A stretch of DNA of 64,000 bases from contig CAXXWC010000021.1 in assembly GCA_963668645.2 (NCBI GenBank), positions 512,001 to 576,000 on the forward strand. Reading direction: 5' to 3'. Positions 39,953 to 47,558 of the stretch are shown piece after piece. The translations under genes were made by a program, and so were the position numbers. Positions within the stretch are counted from its first letter, which is position 1; each line of letters begins with the position of its first letter. The notes under the pieces are model-generated. The model saw only the letters and a program-made list of their open reading frames with translations, was not told where the DNA came from and made no database searches. The DNA is from Desulfobacterales bacterium (GTDB taxonomy: Bacteria; Desulfobacterota; Desulfobacteria; Desulfobacterales; UBA2174).

Positions 39953-40262
39953 TTTATCGAACTCCAAGGAAAGAGTTGGGGACGAAAGAAGTTGAAGACA
40001 TTCTATGTCCTTTATGTCAATATATTTTTATCAACTATGAAATCAGCATGTTAAACGCTGACTAAACCAATTTGCACACTCCACCATCCCGCCTTGACGA
40101 CAGCCCTGAATGTTCCCGGCGATCTTCTCTCTTGCGATGAACTCGTACCCTGATCGTTACGTTTATCCGACATCCGGTGCTGCTGTCTCGGCACCGCTGT
40201 CCATCATTCCTTATCAAGGCTCTGAGTTCTAATTCCATTTTGCATTCAAGATGATTTCAATG

Positions 40263-40386
40263 TATACTTCTGCTCGTACCACGTCCTTGTCCTTCACCCC
40301 GACAGAGGAGGTGCAAGCAGATGGCCAGACCCGCTACGATCAACAACGAGATGGTAGAAGCTGCCCAGGAAATCGTACAAGGCCTT
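40263..40386 (+). pseudogene. Possible 5' remnant of an IS630-type transposase
   Basis: Strong RBS ggaggt, then ATG 40321 MARPATINNEMVEAAQEIVQ, cut off by the repeat at 40387; family call from recall only. Confidence 0.3.
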
Positions 40387-40470
40387 TGGGGTCGTACCAC
40401 GAAATATCTCATTATTACAAATTGTTAAACATCAAAACAGCCCCAAAATCGACCTTAGAAGCCCCTTTTT
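40387..40470. repeat. 84-bp dispersed repeat, copy 1
   Basis: 68/84 ungapped identity to 45032-45115. Confidence 0.8.
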
Positions 40471-40490
40471 GAGCCTGAAAAGGGCGGTTT

Positions 40491-40551
40491 AAGCGTTGGG
40501 AGCGTCTGGCCGCAGGAGCGGCGTTCAAAATTCAAAACTCCAAATTCAAGA
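40491..40551. repeat. 9-mer plus 7-mer tandem repeat tract at the 3' end of the ORF6N gene
   Basis: agcgttggg agcgtctgg; then ttcaaaa ttcaaaa ctccaaa ttcaaga. Confidence 0.7.
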
Positions 40552-41103
40552 TTGGCGCCTGCGGCGCGTTACAGGTTGCCGCTGATACTCGGTTTGCCGT
40601 TCTTTGGCGGTAAAGCCGATTTTCTTTCTCGGTACCGAATCCGCCGAGATCAACTGATCCAACGTCTCGAATACAATCCGGAATCTGCCTTCTGTTTCGG
40701 CTTTGAGATCTTCTATTTCTTTTCGAATCTCCGCCTGATCGAAAATAACTTGCCGAATTCGATTAAAAACTCTTACTATCTGAATATTGATTTGAATGGC
40801 CCGTTCGCTATTCAAAACGGATGAAAGCATAAGAACACCATGTTCCGTGAATGCCATCGGAGCGTACCTTGAACCTCCCCAACTTGAGGTCGCATTTTGC
40901 GACCTCAAGTTTTTGTACTCGCTGGCACTCAACTCAAACATGAAGTCTTCAGGGAATCTGCTGATGTTTCTCCGGACCTGTTCCTTCAATCTTTTTGTCT
41001 CTACATCGTAAAGATTTGCGAGATCGCGATCCAACATTACCTTCTTACCTCGAATCTGGTAGATAAGCTCGGCAATGTTTTCGATTTCTACAATTTCATT
41101 CAT
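40546..41103 (-). CDS. ORF6N-domain DNA-binding protein
   Basis: IRGKKVMLDRDLA.LY.VETK.L..QVRRN..RFPEDFMF, AFTEHGV.MLSSVLNS, C-terminal KKIGF. Confidence 0.92.
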   Translation of the reverse strand: MNEIVEIENIAELIYQIRGKKVMLDRDLANLYDVETKRLKEQVRRNISRFPEDFMFELSASEYKNLRSQNATSSWGGSRYAPMAFTEHGVLMLSSVLNSERAIQINIQIVRVFNRIRQVIFDQAEIRKEIEDLKAETEGRFRIVFETLDQLISADSVPRKKIGFTAKERQTEYQRQPVTRRRRQS

Positions 41104-41109
41104 GACTAG

Positions 41110-42649
41110 CCCGACAACGCGACTAAAGGTTATTTGACAATCTCAGCCAGTCGCTTTTTCCGGTGCGATAGATAGGCACGGTGGTTTTTATCTTGCACCC
41201 AGATGATTTGCGCAATCAGGGTGTCGTGTGTGTGTGTTTGCGCATGGGTAGTAGCAGTCTGATCAGCACTCTAAGCTGCGACAGCGTAATAGATGGTGCT
41301 TTTTTTCCCCAACCTGATTTTCAGGTGCCAGAGGAAAAAGTGGGCCATTATGCACGTGAGTATGTGGTGGTGCCAGCCCGGAAACTTTCTGACCTCATAG
41401 TGATCCATGCCCAGTTCGGTTTTGGTTTCCTCGAAACACTGCTCGATGGCCCAGCGCATCCCGCTTAGCCAAATCAGGGGCTTGAGCCGAACGCTGGGGG
41501 AGGCGTTGCTGATATAATAGGAATAGTGCCGATCCTCCCCGAGGGTGCGCCGGATCAGCAACCAAGCGGCTTTCCCAGGCATCTTATCGGCTGGAAGGAT
41601 GATCCTGCGCCGGGTGAATTCATAAACGATCGGCCCCTTGGTGCCTTCGGAAACCTCGCGGCGGTACCAGAAATAGTCGTTGATGTTTTTTGCCAACGCC
41701 TCGACGCTCATCGGTTTGCTGTCGGCATCGGCCAGCACGGTTTTCGTCCGGGTCGTTCCGCCCCATCGATACTGTCGGGTAATGGTCATGGGTTTCTTGA
41801 GCCAGCACAAGGTCGTCTTGGTCACCGATACCAGATAGGTCGTATCCGGCAACGATTCCACAGCGCCGATGAATTCCGGACTCATACCGTAGATCGAATC
41901 GGCCAGTACATATTTGAACGGCAGCAGCTTTTCCCGGCGGATTTCTTCAAGCATTTCGGCGGCAAGCTGCGGCTTGGTCCGAAAAACGACATCCTCCGGC
42001 ATTTTACACTTTTGCCTTCGCAGGGCATGGTCATCCGAAAACCATTTTTCGGGTACAAACAGCCGCTTGTTGACCAAGGCATACCCTTTTTCGGAAGCGT
42101 AGGCGGCAAAGACGCCGACCTGGCAGTTGTCGACTTTGCCGATGTTGCCGCAGTATTGGCGGGCGACTCCCACGGATTCGTCTCCCTTTTTGACAAAGCC
42201 GCTCTCATCGAAGATCAGGACGCCATCGGGGCTTCCGAGATCGTCATTTACAAGACTACGATATTTGATTTCGATATTTGTGTCATCCCAAGGTGCTTCA
42301 CTGACAAACCGTTGCAATGCCCTGACATTTCCATTTTCGACGGCAAGGGCGATTGGTTCAATGGATTTTCTTTCCAACGGGCTGAACTGCCCAACCATGT
42401 AATTGAAGAAATGTTCTCTGGACTCACTGCGTTGGAAACAATCGTAAAACTGTTCATGAAAGCCTCTGAGTTCGCTCATGAAATCTTTGATATCACCCCG
42501 AGCGAGATCAAATTTTGGAACATCGTATAGGTATTCGTCATGACGGCAACTGGGTAGCATGGTCTGCCTCCTATATGTGGGTTGTTGCGTAGTATGGCAG
42601 GATGCTGCGAAAAAATCAAGTGTTAATCATAATAAGTTGCGTTGTAGGG
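41110..42649 (-). mobile_element. IS701-family insertion sequence
   Basis: IRs CCCGACAACGCGACT / AGTTGCGTTGTAGGG (13/15); CTAG on one flank only. Confidence 0.9.
41271..42560 (-). CDS. IS701 transposase (C-terminal extension in a shifted frame to 41130)
   Basis: IFDESGFVKKG, SVGVARQYCG..NCQVGV, LADSIYG, RWAIEQCFEE.K.ELGMDHYE. Confidence 0.93.
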   Translation of the reverse strand: MLPSCRHDEYLYDVPKFDLARGDIKDFMSELRGFHEQFYDCFQRSESREHFFNYMVGQFSPLERKSIEPIALAVENGNVRALQRFVSEAPWDDTNIEIKYRSLVNDDLGSPDGVLIFDESGFVKKGDESVGVARQYCGNIGKVDNCQVGVFAAYASEKGYALVNKRLFVPEKWFSDDHALRRQKCKMPEDVVFRTKPQLAAEMLEEIRREKLLPFKYVLADSIYGMSPEFIGAVESLPDTTYLVSVTKTTLCWLKKPMTITRQYRWGGTTRTKTVLADADSKPMSVEALAKNINDYFWYRREVSEGTKGPIVYEFTRRRIILPADKMPGKAAWLLIRRTLGEDRHYSYYISNASPSVRLKPLIWLSGMRWAIEQCFEETKTELGMDHYEVRKFPGWHHHILTCIMAHFFLWHLKIRLGKKSTIYYAVAA

Positions 42650-42783
42650 GTGGGATAACCGGTGGAAAAGTTGTCCAGGCAGACCACCCGGGCGCCTTTT
42701 TCTAGGAGCGCTTCGCAGAGGTTGGAGCCGATGAAGCCGGCGCCGCCTGTGACGAGGATTTTTTGATTTTTAGGGAAGTTCAT
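42650..42783 (-). pseudogene. 5' fragment of an NAD-dependent sugar epimerase (WbpP-like), truncated at IS701
   Basis: [44 protein letters not shown], then the IS end. Confidence 0.88.
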
Positions 42784-42854
42784 TGGGGCCAAATTTTCAC
42801 AGATGGTAACTACCCAGGATATCAGGATTTAACTCTATCGTATTATCTATGACC

Positions 42855-42887
42855 TTGACACGAAAAGCACTACCTCATAGAATGAGG
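42855..42887 (+). promoter_or_regulatory. Sigma70 promoter of the vapBC operon with overlapping palindromic operator
   Basis: TTGACA (42855-60), 17 bp, TAGAAT (42878-83); palindrome cctcat-aga-atgagg at 42873-42887. Confidence 0.8.
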
Positions 42888-42910
42888 CAAAAAGAATCAG
42901 GAGGTGAGTC

Positions 42911-43156
42911 ATGCAACAAATCACCATACGGGGTGTGGAGCCTGAAATTGAACAGCAAATTCGGCAAATCGCAAAAGGGAGCGGAAAATCCATCAATCAG
43001 GTTATCAAAGAAATCATTTATAAAGAATTCAAGCATCCCAAGGCTCCAGCATCGTCTTTGAAGCAACTATCAGGCGGATGGACCCGAGAGGAGGCCGCTG
43101 AGTTTGAACGTTCCATCAAATCCTGCGAGCAGATCGACGAGGAAATGTGGAAATGA
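42911..43156 (+). CDS. Ribbon-helix-helix antitoxin (FitA/VapB-like)
   Basis: MQQITIRGV..GKSINQVI; RBS ggaggt; ATGA overlap with the PIN toxin gene. Confidence 0.85.
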   Translation: MQQITIRGVEPEIEQQIRQIAKGSGKSINQVIKEIIYKEFKHPKAPASSLKQLSGGWTREEAAEFERSIKSCEQIDEEMWK

Positions 43157-43554
43157 AACTGATACTGGACACGAACGCCTATGTCGGGTTCAAACGAGGA
43201 TATATCGAACTTATCGAATACATCGCCCAAGCGGATGCGATATTGATATCTCCGATTGTGCTGGGTGAACTCATGTTTGGATTCCGCAATGGTTCACGCT
43301 TTGCCAGAAACATTGCGGAATTAAAACAGTTCTTGTCGCATCGGGCGGTTGAAGTGATCAAATTGTCTGAAACCACATCAGATAGATACTCAAGGATTGT
43401 CTTGCATCTCAAAAAGCAGGGAACCCCCATTCCTTCAAACGATATTTGGATTGCCGCGCAAACCATGGAAACTGGAGCAGAGCTTGTGACGCTGGATAAT
43501 CATTTTAAAAAAATCAGCGGTCTCATATTCCGTCTTTTTACTCGGCCCTGTTGA
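43153..43554 (+). CDS. vapC: PIN-domain toxin VapC
   Basis: LDTNAY, VLGEL, PSNDIWIAA, TLDNHF acidic tetrad. Confidence 0.93.
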   Translation: MKLILDTNAYVGFKRGYIELIEYIAQADAILISPIVLGELMFGFRNGSRFARNIAELKQFLSHRAVEVIKLSETTSDRYSRIVLHLKKQGTPIPSNDIWIAAQTMETGAELVTLDNHFKKISGLIFRLFTRPC

Positions 43555-43599
43555 TCTTCAATCGTTGGAGAATTCAGGGACATTGATTTACTTCAGGAA

Positions 43600-43703
43600 A
43601 GCGTTTAGAGCGTTAGAAACGTTAGAAAAGACTTTAAATTCGAAATCCGAATGTCGATATTCGTGTTTTTCTATTTAAACCTTACACCGTTCAACCTTAA
43701 ACC
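43600..43703. repeat. 9-mer plus 7-mer tandem repeat tracts
   Basis: gcgtttaga gcgttagaa acgttagaa; aaattcg aaatccg aatgtcg atattcg; ttaaacc ttacacc (g)ttcaacc ttaaacc. Confidence 0.75.
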
Positions 43704-43873
43704 ATTCCCTTTTCTTCTTCTACCCTCCCCTGCTCCGCTCGCACATACTTCTTTCCGCAGGCGATACATTCCAAATCTTCCGTCAACCTCTCCCCGCACC
43801 GGCACACCCAGCCGATCGTTTTGACCGGGTTGCCCACCACCAGGGCATGATCCGGTACGTTGCGGTTGACCAC
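43697..43873 (-). pseudogene. 3' fragment of a WbpD/WlbB-type N-acetyltransferase
   Basis: VVNRNVPDHALVVGNPVKTIGWVCRCGERLTEDLECIACGKKY..GMV* (hexapeptide tail plus Zn ribbon). Confidence 0.8.
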
Positions 43874-43914
43874 CGGGAAGTTGGGGACGTTGTTGACTAT
43901 GTAAACTTAAGCTT

Positions 43915-44045
43915 CGTTTGGTCGTTCGGAGTGTTAGGAAAAGCGTAAATACGAAATCAGAATATCGAAATCTGAAACCCCGGTGTAATAGGCTTCGCAT
44001 TTCACGGGGAAAGCAAAATCGAATGACCGAAATTCAAATGGTTAA
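43915..44045. repeat. 9-mer plus 7-mer tract with an embedded palindrome
   Basis: tcgtttgg(g) tcgttcgga gtgttagga; aaatacg aaatcag aatatcg aaatctg; ccccggtg..cacgggg. Confidence 0.7.
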
Positions 44046-44068
44046 AAAAAAGATAGAACAGCGAAGAA

Positions 44069-44323
44069 CTATCGATATACTTCTCGCCGGTGTCCGACAT
44101 CGATAACAAGTATCAGTAGCCGATCTTCATTGATTTCATAAATAACGCGATAATTACCGGCGCGAATTCTCCAAGCCGGTCGGCCGGATAGTTTTTTACA
44201 CCCCTTGGGCCGGGGGTTTCCAGCCAATTGACGGATATTTTGAATGATGCGCCGTTGATCATCTCGCTGGATTTTTGAAAGCTATTTCTGTGCGGAACGG
44301 AGGATTTCGATTTCGTAGTTCAA
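44069..44323 (-). pseudogene. RelE/ParE-family toxin with an in-frame stop at codon 14
   Basis: MNYEIEILRSAQK*LSKI..NPRPKGCKKLSG..WRIRAGNYRVIYEI..VGHRREVYR*. Confidence 0.88.
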
Positions 44324-44529
44324 GCCTTATATTCAGCCTCGATTTCACGTACGGCCTGATTAAAAGGGATGGACTGTAAATCGCCGGATTTTACCGCATC
44401 TTAGGCACGAATATCGTCAAGCTCTTCAAGCGCATCAACGACTTCTTTCCACTCTTTAATGCTCAGCAAAACCGCTTTCGGCTTCTTCTTATTATCGATT
44501 ACATATTGAGGATTCAAGGTTAGGGACAT
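44320..44529 (-). pseudogene. Cognate antitoxin with an in-frame stop at codon 43
   Basis: MSLTLNPQYVIDNKKKPKAVLLSIKEW..LEELDDIRA*DAVKSG..IPFNQAVREI; 4-bp overlap with the toxin gene. Confidence 0.82.
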
Positions 44530-44714
44530 CTTGGGCCTCCAACAGCTCATTTCTTTTGTTCAAAAGGCTGATCACCGCCTATTTGCATCTGTTCTTACAT
44601 CTCGTTTCTTTGATCTTATGCGCCTTCGCGGCTTTTTCTTCTCCCGCAAATCGTTATGCTATCAATTTCTCTATATTCATTTTCGCGTTACTTTGCAAGC
44701 AGGCGAAAGGGGCT

Positions 44715-45000
44715 ACACGAAGTTTGGGCATTGCTCATAGACTCGCCCACATTCGTGCAAGCTGCGAAATGGACGACACCATCGATCTTGGAGTGTATCA
44801 AAGCCTGCTTGACGGCGCATCGGTCCAAGAAGGTTCCCTTTGATGAATGGTCCCCATTTGACCGCCCAACGGTGCCCTGTGGAAAGGTTGTCGAAAACCA
44901 CGGGTTCAAATCCGGTGCGATACAGGGCCTTGCAGGTTTGACTTCCGATATAGCCGGCACCGCCGGTGACCAATATCTTGAGACCGTTAATGGACTTCAT
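44715..45000 (-). pseudogene. galE: 5' fragment of UDP-glucose 4-epimerase GalE, frameshifted and truncated
   Basis: [28 protein letters not shown], continuing in another frame VVHFAA..VGESM. Confidence 0.88.
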
Positions 45001-45031
45001 TTGGTGGGCGTTTGGATCGTTGGGAGCGACA

Positions 45032-45115
45032 TGGGGTCGGACATCGAATTATGCCGTTATTACAGATTGTTAAACCGAAAAACAGCCCCGAAATACACCT
45101 TAAAAGCCTCTTTTT
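45032..45115. repeat. 84-bp dispersed repeat, copy 2 (preceded by 9-mers at 45007-45027)
   Basis: 68/84 identity to 40387-40470. Confidence 0.8.
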
Positions 45116-45134
45116 GTTGGCGGCGACGTGACCT

Positions 45135-45492
45135 TGTAGTGAAAACGGCGGTTTCAAAATGTGATTGCCAAAGAGCTGACGTCGGTCACCCGATCGAGGT
45201 GGCGATCGGGTTACTGGCATACCTTTATGCCGGATCGCTCAAGTCTTTCATCCGGTAGCTTTTTCCTTCGATGACGACGGTTTCGGTGTGATGCAGGACC
45301 CGGTCGAGCAAGGCGGCGGTCAGCACGCTGTCGTTGTTGAAGATTTCCAGCCAGTCTTTGAAGGCGCGATTGGTGGTGATGATCAAGGCGCCTTGTTCGT
45401 AGCGGCTGCTGATGACCTGGAACAGCAGGTCGGCGCCGATTTTATCGATGGGCAAGTAGCCAAGTTCATCGAGGATCAGCAGGGCGGGACGG
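45135..45492 (-). mobile_element. istB: IS21-family remnant: 3' half of istB plus the right end
   Basis: LLILDELGYLP..LLFQVISSRYE..IITTN..AALLDRVLHH..IEGKSYR; probable TGT terminus at 45135. Confidence 0.85.
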
Positions 45493-45856
45493 ATGAAGCG
45501 CTTCACACCTGCATCCCGGGCCGCAATAAGCATGTTGACGAACCCGCCCACGTTGACGGCATCGGTGCATCGGTGGTGGCCGGATCCTCGATGGACCTCG
45601 GCACCGATCCCAGGGCCGCATGGTGCAGAACGTAATCCACCCCAGCGCACGCCTTACGACAGTCGTCCGGGTTGCGGAGGTCGCCCACGATCAGATCGAA
45701 GGTCGGGTTGGAGGTGAACTCCAGGACGTTCTGGGGCTGACCGGTGGAAAAGTTGTCCAGGCAGACCACCCGGGTGCCTTTTGCGAGCAACGCTTCGCAA
45801 AGATTGGCGCCGATAAAACCTGCACCGCCGGTGACGAGGATCTTGGCATTTTTCAT
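45493..45856 (-). pseudogene. 5' part of a WbpP-like NAD-dependent epimerase, frameshifted and fused to the istB remnant
   Basis: [30 protein letters not shown]; 8-bp tandem duplication at 45559-45574; resumes VNVGGFVNMLIAARDAGVKRFI. Confidence 0.9.
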
Positions 45857-46018
45857 TTTTGCGGTTTGAGGGGAACGCTGTTGTCTACGTTAGCTTACGG
45901 GCATGCGCGCACAATGCTATTAGAGGGTCAGAACTCTTGGTTTTTTTGAGGTTCGAATCTTCAAAGCAACGACCCTAAACTTTTTTCGGATTTCGGTATT
46001 TGTATTTAACTCTTCGGT

Positions 46019-46258
46019 TCAATCATAACAGCCGTTCAGCAAATAATTCGTAAACATCCCTGTGATGTCCAACTTGTCGTCCAAGATTTCGATAGTTTCC
46101 AAAAGTGCCTCATAGCGGTCCGGGGTCATCATGATGCCCACCGCCTCCCCATTGCGGGTCACGGTAATGGTCGAGTCCCCCTCATGCATCGTCTTGAGAA
46201 TGTCGAGAAGGCCTCGCTTTATCTATGTTACCGGTATGATCTGCGAAATGTCGGCCAT
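46019..46258 (-). pseudogene. Phd/YefM-family antitoxin with an in-frame stop at codon 12; no toxin partner
   Basis: MADISQIIPVT*IKRGLLDILK..ITVTRNGEAVGIMM.PDRYEALLETIEIL; RBS gaggag. Confidence 0.82.
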
Positions 46259-46278
46259 AGAGTTCTCCTCGAATCCGA

Positions 46279-46410
46279 CTATGCAAGGTTAATACGATAC
46301 CACTCGACAATCTCTTTCAGGCCATCGCGAACGTTATAGCCCAGCAGAAACCGGGCTTTTTCGATAGACGCCTGCGGGTGAGAAACATTTCCAACTCGCT
46401 TGCTTGGATC
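46279..46410 (-). pseudogene. Degenerate 3' end of an NAD-dependent sugar epimerase
   Basis: RVGNVSHPQASIEKARFLLGY..GLKEIVEWY resembles the R.GDV.HS.A.I.KA...LGY..GL...V.WY tail. Confidence 0.7.
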
Positions 46411-46700
46411 AAGACTTATAGGAAACGCATGGCTTTTGGAATTTTGTGGGTGCGGTTGATCTTGGCGACTTGGCATAGCTCCGCCGTGTCGTTTACAATC
46501 TTGAAATAGCCGTAACCCATTGTCTTACAAGTTTTTTTGTTTCGTCAGACGGTTTTTTTTCAGGTTTCCGGTCGTCCACCGGTTGCATCGCCCCTATGTT
46601 TTTTAATTAATACTGATTCTTTTTCTGAAATTTTCAGCCCTTCCAGGAAAATCCGAAGGTCGTTATTTGCAGTTATCTAAAGTTATTCTGTCACGCCCAA

Positions 46701-46733
46701 ACAGAAAAGCCGCCATTGCTAACGAGGGCGGCT
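46701..46733 (-). terminator. Intrinsic terminator downstream of the riboswitch aptamer
   Basis: Minus strand AGCCGCC-12nt-GGCGGCT followed by TTTCTGTTT. Confidence 0.7.
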
Positions 46734-46764
46734 CTAAACACATCCATATTTAGGTAGATGTTTT

Positions 46765-46841
46765 CAACGGCAACCTGGCAATCCCCAAGGGACCCATGGT
46801 TTTGCGCCCCCGAGTTGCCCCAGGTTTGCCCTTTTCGTGTT
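46765..46841 (-). ncRNA. Cyclic di-GMP-I (GEMM) riboswitch
   Basis: Minus strand GGGCAAACCTGGG-GCAA-CTCGGGGGCGCAAAACCATGGGTCCC..GGGATTGCCAGGTTGCCG: GGCAAACC, GNRA-capped P2, CGCAAA junction and GGTTGCC close. Confidence 0.9.
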
Positions 46842-47214
46842 ATTTGGTTAATTTTCATACCACTTACTCTATGGTCTGTAAAGCGTCAAATTTTCAAATC
46901 CGGGGGAAAAGCTCCTATTGATATAGACTTTAATTATCGATAGCATTATTGACTAATCCTATCCATTGAAAAAGATCGAGCCTTGCAATGGTCCCGAAGC
47001 GGTACACGGCATACCGCAAGACTTTATATTCAATCAGGGTACTTCCTGTTTTTGAAAGATTAAATATCTTTTCATAAAAACCGCCTCTAAAATCTATAAA
47101 TGGCTTTTTTTATTTTTATATAATTACTTCTATTTTTTAGCAAGTTTATTTACTGCTTCCTTTTACAAGCATTTGCTCAAAATATTGACGAACAGAGACA
47201 CATGAGATCCTGAC

Positions 47215-47470
47215 GGGAAACAAATGGCGTAAGACCGCGTGGTGGCTTGCGGATCAGTACAGCATCAAAACCGCAAGCACGGCGCCAAATTCGACTGCTA
47301 CGTTGCCGGCCGATACCGGAAAAACGGCGAGCGTAAAGAGAAGGGCCTTGTGGGAGCAATCCACGGGATGGGGCCGAACAGGCAGCTAAGATGTTTGCAA
47401 TGCAGAAAAAGGCAAGCCACCCCGGCAGGAAGGACGCCCGCCTGGCGAAGCTGCGAGAAGCCCGACATCG
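47215..47470 (+). pseudogene. Degenerate N-terminal remnant of a tyrosine integrase next to the tRNA 3' end
   Basis: HQNRKHGAKFDCYVAGRYRKNGERKEKGL..GW..AEQAA across frameshifts; resembles arm-binding N-termini of deltaproteobacterial integrases (from recall). Confidence 0.5.
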
Positions 47471-47519
47471 GTTTTGCAATAGCTGTAGACAGGTTGTGCT
47501 GCAGAACCCAAGAAATGGA

Positions 47520-47550
47520 AAGGGGTTGCCACATGTAGCGGCAACCCCTT
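47520..47550 (-). terminator. Hairpin terminator after tRNA-Leu
   Basis: aaggggttgcc-acatgtagc-ggcaacccctt, 11-bp perfect stem. Confidence 0.8.
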
Positions 47551-47558
47551 GATTTTTT

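Noticed and set aside
40130..40165. gatgaactcgta / ccctgatcgttacg resembling MITE or IS termini
   Set aside because: Matches are too short, with no partner end or target duplication.
44282..46225. In-frame TAG codons in two TA genes as possible pyrrolysine or read-through sites
   Set aside because: The neighbouring antitoxin has TAA, the region is full of pseudogenes and no pyl genes are visible; ordinary nonsense decay is simpler.
46860..46895. Sigma70 promoter upstream of the riboswitch (TTGACG on the minus strand)
   Set aside because: No convincing -10 box at 16-18 bp spacing.
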